Shown here in pieces: positions 49,951-62,929 of a DNA stretch of 64,000 nt. Position 1 is the stretch's first letter. The number at the start of each line of letters is the position of its first letter. The notes beneath the pieces were generated by a model. That model had not been told where the DNA came from, did not search any database, and saw nothing but the letters and a program-made list of their open reading frames with translations. The stretch is from assembly GCF_037042905.1 (NCBI RefSeq), contig NC_087251.1, positions 7,690,001 through 7,754,000 of the forward strand, given 5' to 3'. Made by a program: the position numbers and the translations under genes. This stretch comes from Lytechinus pictus (taxonomy: Eukaryota).

Positions 49951-51391
49951 CTGTATAAGCTGTTATTTTCGCGGTGGTTTTATTTTCGCGGATATTGCCG
50001 ATCGGCCGCGAATTTAACAATGCGCGAAAATATTGACACATTTATCAGTCAGTGCCAATGTCTCCAACAGCAAAGATTTGCTATTTGAAACTTTTTGTAT
50101 AGTGAGAAAATCGAGATATGCACCTTTATATGTAGAAAAAATAAGGTTTAGAAAGTACAGATAGTGATTCAAAAAGTTAGCTAGAATTTCACTTTTTTTT
50201 TCTCAAACAAAATCAGAGCCTAAACTATTTTCTTACATAATTTTATCGATATATATTCACTCACTGTAATATTACAATGTATTTTCCATGAAAATTTTTT
50301 AATTTATTGTCATCTGATTGACTATATACACACGTATTGGCAGCTATTTGCATACTCATTAAAGGAGAATGAAACTCTTGGAGCAAGTTAGCTTTTGTGA
50401 AAGCAGAAAAATCAAAGAATAAGATCAACAAAAGTTTGAGTAAAATAGGACTATCAATAGAAGAGTTATGAGCATTTGAATGTCAAGATCACTAATGCTA
50501 TGGAGATCCTCCCATTGGCAATGCGACCAAGATCTATGATGTCACAGATGAACAACTCTCCCCTTTTGGACACTGAAAATATACCCCAAAACATCTCTTT
50601 TTGCTCATTCTAATCATATGACAAACGATTCATCAATGATATAATGTTGTGAAACCTCTGTACTTGTCCTCCCATAAAGAGAACACCTCACCTTGTGATA
50701 GACTCTATAAAAGTGAGAATATAAGTGAAATAAGTACTAAAGTAATGAGGGAGTTGTACGTGTGTGACATCACAGATCTTGGTCGCATTGCCAATTGGAG
50801 GATCTACATGGCATTAGTGATCTCAATATTCAAATGCTCATAACTTTCTTATTATTCATTCAATCTTCCTCAAACTTTCAACAATATGTTTCTTTGATTT
50901 TTCTCTTTGATATGGATTCAGCTGGTTTCAAGGGTTTCATTCTCCTTTAATATTCATAAGTCACATGACCACAGCTTTTAGAGGGGTAAAAATCTGTTCA
51001 CAGAATTCAACATTTTTGCACTGAAACCAACTTTTTACAAAGTGAATCTTACAAAACACAACTTCAAAAGATTACTCTTACATATCAAACCGTGACATGA
51101 TGAATTTTCAGATCTAAAGGTACAAAAAAGTGAAATTTAAGCCACTTTTTCTCCACACTTTGTTACAGTTTGTAACTGTTTTTACTGGGACATATTTATG
51201 TACATAGGACACATCAGCAAAAGAATATTGAGAATCAAAGTTTTGCACATAGTTTGCACTAAGTTCGCTTCTCCGATATGCTGTGGAAGTATTTTGTACA
51301 TCTTCTGATCGCGAATTCAACAACCCGCGAAAATGTCGGGACCCCCGCGAATCGAGAAAAATTCTGTACGCGAAACTAACAGCTTGTACAG
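49951..51391. mobile_element. TA-flanked Tc/mariner-like element hosting nested insertions
   Basis: TA|ctgtataagctgttattttcgcg ... cgcgaaactaacagcttgtacag|TA. Confidence 0.7.
50363..50946. mobile_element. Kolobok-like TTAA element, family B
   Basis: TTAA|aggagaatgaaac ... gtttcattctcct|TTAA; long internal inverted repeats. Confidence 0.85.
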
Positions 51392-52310
51392 TATGATAGA
51401 GTAAAGGTACATGCACCATGTCATCCCAAATTTATATTTGACTCATAGAAAAGGAGGAATCAGAGGGAGAATGAAAAGGTCTGGCTGCTTTCATACATGT
51501 ACATGTAAGGATGAGGACAAATTAATTTTTGTTTTCAATATTGAGAAAAATGGCTCATGATTTTGATATAAAAGAGGATAAAGGTTTGATAATCCTTAGA
51601 ACTGTAAACAGTATAAATTGCATACTTGTAAGTCTTACTTATAAGAGATAAATTATTCAACATTTCTCTTCTGATTCCATGTTCACAATATCCTTCCATT
51701 TTATTGTCAGATTGCAGATTTTCAGTTCCAGTTCATTTGTGAGAGAAGTTGATGTACTGTATGTTTGCCTCAGTATTTCTGATACAAAATGGATATATGA
51801 CCAAGAAAATTGCTTGGTTTAAGAGAAAAGAATAGATCAGAAGTTAGAGATATTATGTTATTAAATGCATTGATCCGAATCAAACTGTAGTTTAGGAATA
51901 TAATTATGGTGATACAGTATTCTTTGTTGTCCATAATCAGGAGGTCAAAATGGTATTGTACACAATGTAGGTACATGTACATGTATACATGTACATGTAG
52001 GTTTTGACAGTTTGCAGTTAAACACCAAATTTATCCATTTGTATTATAGAAATACACCATTATTTATTATTGCAGCCTTTGCAGGTATATTGTCTTGTTT
52101 ACATTTTCTTCAAATCCATATTCTTAACACAAAGGGAGTTTACCCCCCCCCTCCCCCCCCCCCAAAAAAAAAAAAAACAGTGAATAAGCCAAAATAACTC
52201 ATAACTCAATATTGATAATTTTTTAACTTGAAAATGATTTCTTATACATTTGATATTGCTTGTCAAATTGTTTAGTAGGCAGATGTTAATCAATTCTACA
52301 TACATGTACA

Positions 52311-52356
<46 letters not shown>

Positions 52357-52675
52357 CATGTTAGGTAGAGTGAACCCCTCTTAAAAGCTTTTTAGGCTTG
52401 AATGGTACATGTAATATTACATGATAGTGTGAGTACATGTGAAGAGTCAGTTTAATACATGCAGGAGCCCCTTTCATGCCATATCTTTGAATTTGTTTGG
52501 ATAAAACAAATCTACCCTGATTATAATCACCACAGGCCATGTAATTGGTTTGCTTTATTAAACTGGTATAAGAACACTGCAACCCACTTTAGAAGCATAA
52601 CATTGGTATGCCAATAATTTCATGCAGATTTCATAGATAACTATATGGTGTAAACTGTCTATATGCACCATTTTC

Positions 52676-53264
52676 CCGGGGGGGGGGGGGGGGGAGCGTC
52701 AAATATGTTTAAAGGGGTGTTTTTTTTCAGTTTTGGACGTGGGCCGCGCATGCACTCGTTAAGGCTATAAAAACCACAAGGTTTTCACAAAAAAGGGTGG
52801 TTTTGAAAGACTGGTCATTGGTCAATCGCAGGATCAAATGTATTTAGGGTATTTTTTTTCTTCAAAAGCTTGTTTTTAAGACTAGCCAAACGTAACATAC
52901 ATGTATACCTTGTAATTTAAAAATGAATTATTACCTGATGAATTTTGGATGAGACTTATTTACAGTGTTTACAATGTATTCCTCTGTAGTATTTTATCCT
53001 AACTGCACTGGGGGCATGCAAACACATGACTATAGTTTTGTCTATTTAAGCTTATTTTTAGCAAGTAGACAAAACTTGTTTAGGTGTCATATTCTTGCAG
53101 CAACTTGTTAAGGGGCTAAAATGTGCAAAATGAAGCCTGTGAAAAACTTGTTTAGGGGCTTATTTTGCACGCAGAGAAAAACTTGTTTAGGGAGTGTTTT
53201 GAAATACATGTAATTTGTTCACACATGTGTACAGCAATACATTTGACTGCCCCCCCCCCCCCGG
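52676..53264. mobile_element. Unclassified MITE with CCG(n)...(n)CGG ends and 8-bp TSD
   Basis: Perfect TSD CCATTTTC; gtcaaat/atttgac subterminal IR; internal aacttgtttagg repeats. Confidence 0.75.
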
Positions 53265-54067
53265 CCATTTTCTTGGCAGGTTCATACATTTTGTAATGTT
53301 TTCTTCAGTAAAATGATATATCATTGTATTGATTGACATTAAATACTGAAATTGTAGGCAACAAAGATGTTGAGATGTTACACGGCAAAGCTTATAAACA
53401 TGACTCTTTTGAAAGTTTTGACCAAATGTGATCTCTGGTGACGTTACTTGTAGATTTCTACATGTACATGTTATGGGGGTCATCCATTTGTCTCTCTGAC
53501 ATTTATTATTGAGATAATTTAAAAACTGTTTGAATGGTCAACTTAAAACTTGTAGGGAGGACAATTTGATAGGTGTTTACATGTACACTTACATTGTAGG
53601 TACATGTATCAAGGTCATCATACACTTTACATACATGTATACGCTACAAAGGTCATGTTTATAAATAATGGTCTCTACATGTATATCATATGTCCACTGT
53701 AAAATAGAAACATAATTTCCCAAAATCATATTACAATGTACTCTACATGCCATTTCTTCTAATTATAAAAAATAATTTTCTTAGAAAGAATTTATTAGTT
53801 TAAAAATTATGTACACAAGGGACTAATAATGTCTTCTGCATGATTGTCATGGTATTTGATACCTCATATCCCAATGTTTAGCTTTGTCATGCCAATCTTC
53901 ATAATAGTAAACAGTGTTTAATCAAAGCAATTGAGGAGATGTCAAGAAAGTGCAATCAATACCCCCCCCCAAAAAAAAAAAAAGACACTTTCCATAATGT
54001 TTTACAGTACCCTCATATTTTGATTAAAAGAGAATAAACAATATATCTTCTTTTTTTTTATTGGCAG

Positions 54068-54172
54068 GTGTTGGAGGTTCATGACATGTTGGAGCGAGAA
54101 ACACCACCGAATCACCTTGAAAATGACCATATGAACACCAATGAGAAAGCTATTGTCAGGGAGATGTGTAAT
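54068..54172 (+). CDS. CCDC85: CCDC85 coding exon 5 (VLEVHDML...EKAIVREMCN)
   Basis: T-tract + GCAG acceptor, AAT|GTAAGT donor; conserved VLEVH and EKAIVREMCN. Confidence 0.9.
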
Positions 54173-54612
54173 GTAAGTCGACCAATCTAGGTTTATCCCC
54201 TATAGAACTTGACTGGCTTCTGTTACTATACATTTTGTATTACTGTTGGGTTATATTCTTTCATTGTTCAGTTTCTGCATTGCAAATGTATTTATTTCTT
54301 GTCACTTCCTAATTTTGTATCCTGTTCAATATACATGTACATGCCAAATATTCTATATGTCTTTGATATCTTCCAAAAGTATAGAGTTGAAACCAGTTGT
54401 TTAAAAGAGATATCATTTGAAATTTTGTTTTCATGAACTCTTGTCTAAAGTTTAATTGTTGTACTTCAGCCCTGGGTTTTTTTATTTAGAAAAAAAAAAT
54501 GTCTTTACTGATGAGTAATTTGATCATGTTTTTCTTCACATACCACAGAATGCTGAAGTATATGCACTCTTAGTAATGCTAATCTGATATCATTGACTAT
54601 ACTCTTTTATAG

Positions 54613-54825
54613 GTGGTGTGGCGTAAACTTGGTGACAACCCTGCCAACCCCAATGGAAACACTAATGGTAGCAGCAACAGCAGTGTCAGCAACCAATCAC
54701 AGCGTGGCCAAGCTCCACCCAGGTACAATAACAGTACTACCAATCCTACAGCTAGACCAACTGGTTACATCACTCCTCCGTACAGTAGTGGTAGTACAGG
54801 CAGTCTTGAAAGGAAAGGTATTTAA
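54613..54825 (+). CDS. CCDC85: CCDC85 terminal coding exon (VVWRKLGD...ERKGI*)
   Basis: cttttatag acceptor; conserved VVWRKLGD continues from MCN; TAA stop. Confidence 0.88.
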   Translation: MVWRKLGDNPANPNGNTNGSSNSSVSNQSQRGQAPPRYNNSTTNPTARPTGYITPPYSSGSTGSLERKGI

Positions 54826-56077
54826 TGGCAGTATCTATCAGTTCCACCCTCACAATACTGTCACCCATTTTGGTAACGGCTACAGGAAACCCTCGGGATA
54901 GGAGAGATAAGTGTGATTGTGTGGAAGGAAGATGTATTCAATTCCTCTTTCACAAATTTCAGCAGGGTACATGTAAGGCAAGCAGTTGTAAAACGGAACA
55001 TACTTTCCTAGATTATGTGTCTGTCAGCCTGCACCTTATTATAGCACTGTCATCCCTGAAATTTTGTGCTGCAATTCATTTCCATTTGGAAGAGATAAAT
55101 TTTATTTTCAATGAAAATGTATTCAGTCATCACTGCCATTTCCCTTCCGAACCACTTTGGTACCAACACAGTACTATTATCATATGACTTTAAAGTACAC
55201 CTCTTTAACGAAACAAAAGTATTCAATAAGCCACACCCCATTCCCTTTTCCTTCAGTCATATCTGGTAATGTATATTACCTCTTCCAATAAGACAGGCTA
55301 GTTAACAGATTTTCACATTTCTGAGGAGTGTTAAATCTGGTATCGAATCTCGTTAGTATTATAAGATTACATACATATATACTTCAAGATAAGGAGGAAG
55401 TGTAATGCCTGTTTTTTATGCCATGTCTTTAAAGTGATAAATGGCTTTATCAGGTTCAAAGTCTTTGCCCAATACCCAAGATAAAGATTAATTCACATCA
55501 TGTTATGCTTGATCTTGATTATGCAACAGTGATGGCTTATTGTTATTTCTATTTTTTATTGTTCTATTTTAATAGGAAAAAAAATAGTGCTGTGCATTTT
55601 GAAGTAGACAAATCATATACCATATCTGATATGCACATGTACATTTATCTTTCTATCTGAATGCATTTTTTAAAATCAAATGACATGATTGGTGGATATT
55701 GTAAAGGAGGTTGTTGATTATGAATTGAATATATGGTTTAAAATGAAAATAATGATTTTAATTCTTTATTGATGTGAAATTCCTGATTTTTTGAAAAAAA
55801 CCCACTTTGATGATTAACAATGAAATCGGTGATAAAGTTGAAATAATAGCGGCACAATCTTTCGATTTGATAATAAGAACAATACTTGCTGTTTCAAAAT
55901 CTTAAATGATGCAGGCTCAACAATTGTCTGGAGCGACACAGGATCTCACATAAAATGTTGCTTGTTATGTGTTATCCTTTCTCACCCCCCCAAAAAAAAA
56001 TTACAGTTTGTAATATACCATAAGCTCTGATTGGATGATGATTTGTTTGTATTGGAGAATCCCATGATTTCTCAGTA

Positions 56078-56551
56078 GGTGGTTTCAGACCGCCTCGAAG
56101 TTTGTCAGTTCCAGGTATTTTCTGATCGGGAAATTTACCCGATCAGAAAATACCAAGTAATATTGGCAATGTGAAAGCAAATTTCGCGTAATCTCCCCAA
56201 AAGAAAATACCCTCTAAATAGTAGGTACTTGTCAAAATTATGAAAACTTTCGTGGGGATTTTTCCAAGGTCGCAGGTATTGTGGCAATGTGAAAGCAATT
56301 TACGGGAACTTTTAGCCCAGCGTGTAGTTGGGGGCGGGTGCCGTGGGTGGCTGCTGAGCTAGTGATTTTGAATTTCGCGCCTTGCCTGCTTATCAGACCA
56401 TACTGCGCATGCTCGTAACTTCAGGAACTTATCCCGAAGGGTATTTTTCGGGGCGGTGTGAATGCAGGAATAATTAATGGTTATTTTTTAGCTTTAAAAA
56501 GTTCTCGTAATTTAACAGGGATTCTTATGATCTAGGCAGTTTGAAACCACC
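56078..56551. mobile_element. MITE with Harbinger-like ends in the CCDC85 3' region
   Basis: ggtggtttcagaccgcct ... aggcagtttgaaaccacc. Confidence 0.7.
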
Positions 56552-58050
56552 TAATAAGGTATCTTGGTAGTAAATTTTCTTGCATGTTCCATAACACTGT
56601 GTACATTATTGTACACAATGATATTCACCAGAGTCCAGATTCTTTTACACTCACTTCTCTTTGAAGAAGGCCATAATCTCCCTATTGTGAATGGCTTTAA
56701 GAACTGAATGGCCATTATTCGCCCAGGGTCACCCTTCTATTCATATCCTGTATCAACTCTTTGAAAAAGTTGTGACAGTTGGGATTGTGATCTCAACAAG
56801 AATTTATTCAGATTTGGAGGGCAAAGTAACTTTATTTGAATGGTGACCATAGTGTGGCTATCTCTCATTAGCCAAATTTGTTTTTTAAGCTACATTTGTA
56901 ACAATGAAATTGCACTTTATGACTTAAATGTTGAAAGTGCATGAAGGTCTGACAAGTGTGAAGTAGAGTGTACTTCACACAATCTTTCTCATGCATACAG
57001 TATTTCGAAATTGTTGTACAATCCTATTGAAATATATTGAAATTTATTTAATATTCTAGAAATGTCAGATTTCATTCAGTGATTACATCACATGCATCTA
57101 TTGTGAAAGCGTGAATCTTTATGAACATCAGTTTTAGATCTAAGAGAAGTCAAGCTGCACAGTGCACACCATGAATAATAAGAGAAATATCATGTAAATA
57201 GAATACTTTTTGTGTACATATGCACAATAATACTTTTTTACATCATTGAATTAAGTACAAATATATTTACATGTAGTTTTAAAAGATATGAGGAAAACCT
57301 CTTGTAATTGTAATAAAGTTGCAAATTTTTGTAATTTGTACTCTTGAAGTTAAAGCATTTTTGTAACATACATTTTCTGCATCAGATTTTTAATGTAAAT
57401 AATTTTTGTACCATTGTAAATATTTTGTAAATTATACACTGTATTTGCATACTATTTGAAAATTATCCAATGTTTCTTGTGCTGTATCTCAAGAAGCATT
57501 TATGTTTACCCTATTGTGATGTAAGACAACAATCCTTCAGACATGGAGTTGGAACTTTGCAAACAATTATGAGTATCTTAACTTTATCACATATTGTTTT
57601 TTACTTTTTAAATGGTTTCTATGAAGAAAACAGAAAACAAAATGATGATATTGATTGATATCCATTTACACTGCAGTAAGTATTCATACATGTAGTTAAA
57701 CAAAGAAGTTGGGAATGACAGGAAAATAATGAATTTTATTTATCTTTGTAATGATATTAAAAATGGGTCTAAATATGATGATAACCCAATATTTAAAGTT
57801 GTTTCTATGTACATGTAATTTTGAAAAAAAAAGTATATCGCATTCCACTTTTTCCAAAGTTTTCTTCTTTTTATACTCAACTCATATTTTTTTGTGAAAT
57901 GATTATTAGATTTTAAGGCAGATAAGTGTTGTATTGTTATATTTCCTTTAACTCATGATTAAGAATTAATTACATTGCAAGAGCATATTTAATGTATGTA
58001 AACCCTGTCCTGTGTTCAATGTTGTATTTTCAATACTCTCAAATACATTC

Positions 58051-58352
58051 TGCAATTTATAGCAAAGGATATTCAAAAATCATGACATGCCTCCATCCTC
58101 TACTTTTGCAGTAATAGTCAACTTCACATTATTAAAGCCTTCATGTGTCAAATCTATATTCCATGATTTCAACGTACATGAATACACCTGCTGCATACAT
58201 ACACTGTATGTATGCAGCAGGTGTATTCATGTACGTTGAAATCATGGAATATAGATTTGACACATGAAGGCTTTAATAATGTGAAGTTGACTATTACTGC
58301 AAAAGTAGAGGATAGAGGCATGATTTTTTAACATCCTTTGCTATAAATTGCA
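58051..58352. repeat. 302-bp palindrome with a 1-nt centre at 58204
   Basis: 58095-58203 is the exact reverse complement of 58205-58313; the outer arms are imperfect. Confidence 0.95.
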
Positions 58353-60411
58353 ATAAAAAAATCTTACACTGGATCTTTAATTGCCACAATGAGGTCTTAA
58401 AATTGATTACCAAAGATTGTCTCCATCTAATTACATGTACTGGTGTTGTTGGTAATATTTTACTGCAGGTCAGCTGCAAGTGAATTTATGTGTTTCTTTC
58501 TATTTCATTCTTCTTTGGTCATTTCCTTCTGTCTCAATCTTCCTCTCTTGATTCTCTTCATTCAATGTTGTGTGTCTACTGTACTTTGTACTGATGTGTC
58601 TAGTCTCTATGGTAGATTTGAGGTAAGATTCATTAAATGAATATCAGAAAGCAAAAGCTACCTGACGGAAAAGCAATTGAAAAAAAATATAGTATTTGGG
58701 GGTTTGTTTTTAAAACGTTTATTTCAGCATTAAAGTTCATTATTGCATTGTTGTCAGCAATCAAGAGGTATGGAAGACGAAGCACTATTGCAATTTCTAC
58801 ATGTTTCTGTGCCAATTTAGCCAAATTGTAGCAGAAACAATGCATCTGAAATAACCATGCTTGATGACTGACCTGTTTCCCAGCCAGAATCAATCATTTT
58901 GTTTTCTTAGATAAAATACAAAATCAGAAAGCTGATTTGACAATTAGTGATGAATAACAAACATACATGTACCCTATATATCTGTTTAACTCTGTCCTGG
59001 CTTTGCCATTTAACAAAATGAAACATATGAAAAGTAAATAAGTGATGTTTCTGTCTCTGTAGATTTATTTTGTTTTTTATTCATGCGAATTTGTTCCAAG
59101 AACAATCTTGTATAGCTCTACGTGTATCTGAAAACGTTTTACTGATTAGATTACTGGGATCCCTACACCATACATCGTGTGTTACGAACTTATGACTTTA
59201 ATTTTTTTTAGATGTAATGATGAAACATACCGATTGTGCATGAAATTTGAAAGCAGCATGTCTGAAATGCACCAACCTAACCACAAATTCCTTACTTTCA
59301 TGGTTAATATGAGCAAATTGTTGTTGACTGTTGATTATTAATAAAGATACATTCTCTTTTTATTGCTTTATCAAAACAGACAACAGTTGGTTGACTGTAT
59401 GAAAGTGGGATGAAGAAACAAATTTTAGTTAATTTTAGGATTTATTTTTTGAAAACATGAATACAGGAGAGTAGAAAGTTTGTAAATATGAAAAGACAAA
59501 TTAGTGTGATATGATAAGACCCATCGATTCAATAGGAATAATGTCCTGTATTCATCACATTATTGGAATGGTAAATAGATTTTGATTTTGTATTCTCTTG
59601 TATTTTATCACTTCAGAGCAAATACCTCAACATATATTAATCTGCTTGCTTTACTACAATTTGCAAATGTATGTATTCAACAATATAAAGCACATTACTG
59701 GTTTTCTACTTAGTATTTCTTAATTTTTATGTAAGTATTTATGAGGATTAATTTCTCTTTCTATTTATTTGCTCATGATGGATATTAAGTTTGTGCCCAA
59801 AACTATTGAAAAAAAGTTTAATTCTTGTGTTTTTCTAGTAATTGTTTGGTTGGTGCATGGAGCTATTTATTAGCTCCATGGTTGGTGTATTCATGATTTT
59901 TAAACATCAATACGCATCATTATGAGAACATCGCTGTAATCTGTCCTCTATCAAGTGACGTCAAGGTTGGGTGAAACGGTCTATTGTAAATTAAACTCAC
60001 ATTTTAATATTTATTTTGATATTGCAAATTTAAAAAAAACCATGTTGCATACAATTTGTCTCATATACATGTATTTCAAAGAAACCTGTTCTAAAGATTA
60101 TCACTATGTTTAGATCTGATTCTGAGCCTGTATGCACACCAATGAAATAAATCTGACCAAAAATATCAACATAACATGATGGGGAAGAATGGATTGGTTA
60201 GCAACCTTTTTTTTTTGTTCTTTTGCCTCACTCTCTATACCACAAATTAGCATTGTATTTAGTGTTAAGGGGTATAGAAAAAAGTTATCTTTCCTTTACT
60301 CTTGCATTAAAACAAATTCTAAAGCAAATTTGTTTATTTTGCATAACTGTATCAAGAGGCTTTATATATAGAACACATTGATTATATTGTCTGTTTCCAA
60401 CTATAATCTAT

Positions 60412-60710
60412 CAGTGTGTTTCTATAGAGAATCGTTAAAAACGGTTTATCTTTTCCAGAATCGAAAAACCGTATTGCCCTTAAACCAACCTGTCTACAGA
60501 GCGAATAATCTGATTAACTCACATTGCATGTCGCGGAACACGGCAATAACCACCTCCCAGTGGTGGTTATGAGAAGGAACCGTATTTTGCGTGATGTGGT
60601 TCATCAATAAACTGCATCGCATCTGTTTCAACAGGGAAGTTTTCTAGAATTCTGGATACTTACTTGTACGCAGGTAATACCGTTTAACAAGTCTCTTTAG
60701 AAACACGCCG
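60412..60710. mobile_element. MITE with about 30-bp imperfect TIRs
   Basis: gtgtttctatagagaatcgttaaaaacggt versus accgtttaacaagtctctttagaaacac. Confidence 0.6.
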
Positions 60711-61679
60711 TATGAGTTCGATTATATAAAACGTCCACTTAATATAATTTTTTTTATATATTGGTGATTTTTTTAATGTTTATTTTACAAAGGGAGGTTT
60801 AAGGTAATGAGAACATATGGATAGTGGTGGTATGAATATTTAAAATAACCTTTTGTACAATGTATATCTATTATATATATCATGTCTCACTCTGTAGTTT
60901 ATGTATGGCTCCTTGCAGTTGTACTTCATTTAAAACTTGCATTAAATAGTAAAAGGAAATGATACAGAGAGTTTTTGTAGTGTATCCTTAGTTTCTTTTT
61001 AAACCATTGGATGTGTAATATGTGTTTTGAGTGCACCAAATAATGGAATAATTTGGCATATAAAAATAATTAGAACATATTAAAGGCAGTCTAATCTGAC
61101 AACATAGTTACTTGCTAATCTACAAATTAAAACTAAAAGTTTCATGGAAATTGAGTTTTTTGCAAAAGGAGAGGACAGACTCATGATATTTTCAACATCC
61201 GCTTCTACAAATTTCCAGTGAAAAAAAAGATCGAACACTTGATTTTTGATTGCCACAATGAAGTCCTATTTATTTCAGTGATTACCAGCTGAGTATTTGC
61301 TTTAGAAATATTGAGTCTCACTCTCATAAATGATCTTTATTGTGCCTCTCACCAGCATGAATTTCATAAGGTTATCTAAAGTTCACAGAATTGTGATTAC
61401 ATGCATTAATTGAAAAGATTTATTATTTTTCTCATTTTCCAGATATTGAATTTCATATTTTAAAACAATTTGTCAAGAGGTCTGCAAGCTTGTCTACTTT
61501 AAAAGATCTGCTTTGCCTGATCTTAAATGTAAACTGAAATATATACTACAGAAAACACAAAGACTCTTTAATGACATAAAAGTCAACTATGCACCTTTGG
61601 GACAGGGTTTATAAGTGAGGTTAAGCAGAAAATAATTTTGATATAGACAAACTTTATCCTTGTGGGAAAACCCCTTTAA

Positions 61680-62351
61680 CCCTAAACAGGCCAGGCTTCT
61701 TTGGGTGTTCCATGAAGGGGGGGGGGTTGAATCAACCCCCCTAGAGGGGGTGAAAATTGGCATGATGATAGTGTGGGATGTAATCTACAAGGCTGTATAG
61801 TTGAATTAAAAAAAAAATTATGCGTAAATTTTGCTATTATAGACAAGAAAAAAGCTCCTAGAATGCTAAATATTGGTGTAAACATTCTTCATACAAATGT
61901 GAACAATTACAACAGAAAAAAAATCCTGGTTTGAAAATGAATTTCTTATGTATTTTATTGTTAATGAATTTCCTATGTATTTCTTTGTTTTTCGAAAATT
62001 TTGTTTATCTTTGTTTTTTCGCCAAATTTATAGCAGAAACTTTTGAACCATAATTATACTAAAATTAATTCATTTCTGCAGATGAAAAAAATAATCTTTA
62101 CAATGAATAATAGAAAACTCAATTTACATTGACTTTGTACATAAAATCATGTTCTGGAGCAATTTTGGGTCTGACATGCACTTGTATGATGTTGCTTAAT
62201 TTTTCGACCGTGTACCCGGGCATTGTAAATTTGGTCTCAAAAGATGCGCAAGACTTTGAAGTATAAAGTCAGTGAGCAGCGCGGTCTAAGAATTTCATGC
62301 AGTGGGATGGTCAAAGAAAATGTTGAGGGGGGTTGATTCAAGGTGTTAGGG
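61680..62351. mobile_element. piggyBac-like non-autonomous element
   Basis: TTAA|ccctaa ... ttaggg|TTAA; ggggggttga.tcaa subterminal motif near both ends. Confidence 0.7.
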
Positions 62352-62929
62352 TTAAGTCAGAGCTCAAATTTGCAATTTGGGAACGCTCTCCATTAGACGA
62401 GTCATAGAAGCAGGACACTCCATGCATCTATGGTGCTTTTCCATTTCTTAAATGCAAAATAACCCATGCCATGACATCACATGTTTTAATTGAAGGTTAA
62501 TGACCATGCATGGTTAATGCTGCTTAGCCAAACAGGCACTGTAGCATATCAATGCAAACATCCCATGAACAAGGAAACATGTAACAACACTAAAAAATGT
62601 AAACAATTTATCCATGGAAACAATTTGTGTTAACATGCATGGCTTTCAAAAAGTTCAAGGATGACTAATAAAATCTGAATGATACTGCTTCTGGTAATGT
62701 GGTTGGCACAAATGGAAAGTCAGTTTACTTTTAAAAATTTTGTGTTTTATTCTCTAAAAAAATGTTCAAAAATAGTAAGGGTTAGGGCCATTGGAGATCA
62801 TGGCAGTAGTGCCCCTCTATTGGCCTTGGAGATTTATTGTGCGATTTTTCATTTCATTTTCCACTGTAATGTAGAAATGTACCCTCTACAAAAGTGGTAT
62901 GGTAATGCCTCAAAAATATAAGAATTTAA

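Noticed and set aside
54772..54783. Second PY-like motif TPPY
   Set aside because: It does not fit the [LP]PxY consensus.
62496..62519. GTTAATG[ACCATGCATG]GTTAATG as another P-like scar
   Set aside because: The insert lacks the CATGGAGCT end and could be a chance duplication.
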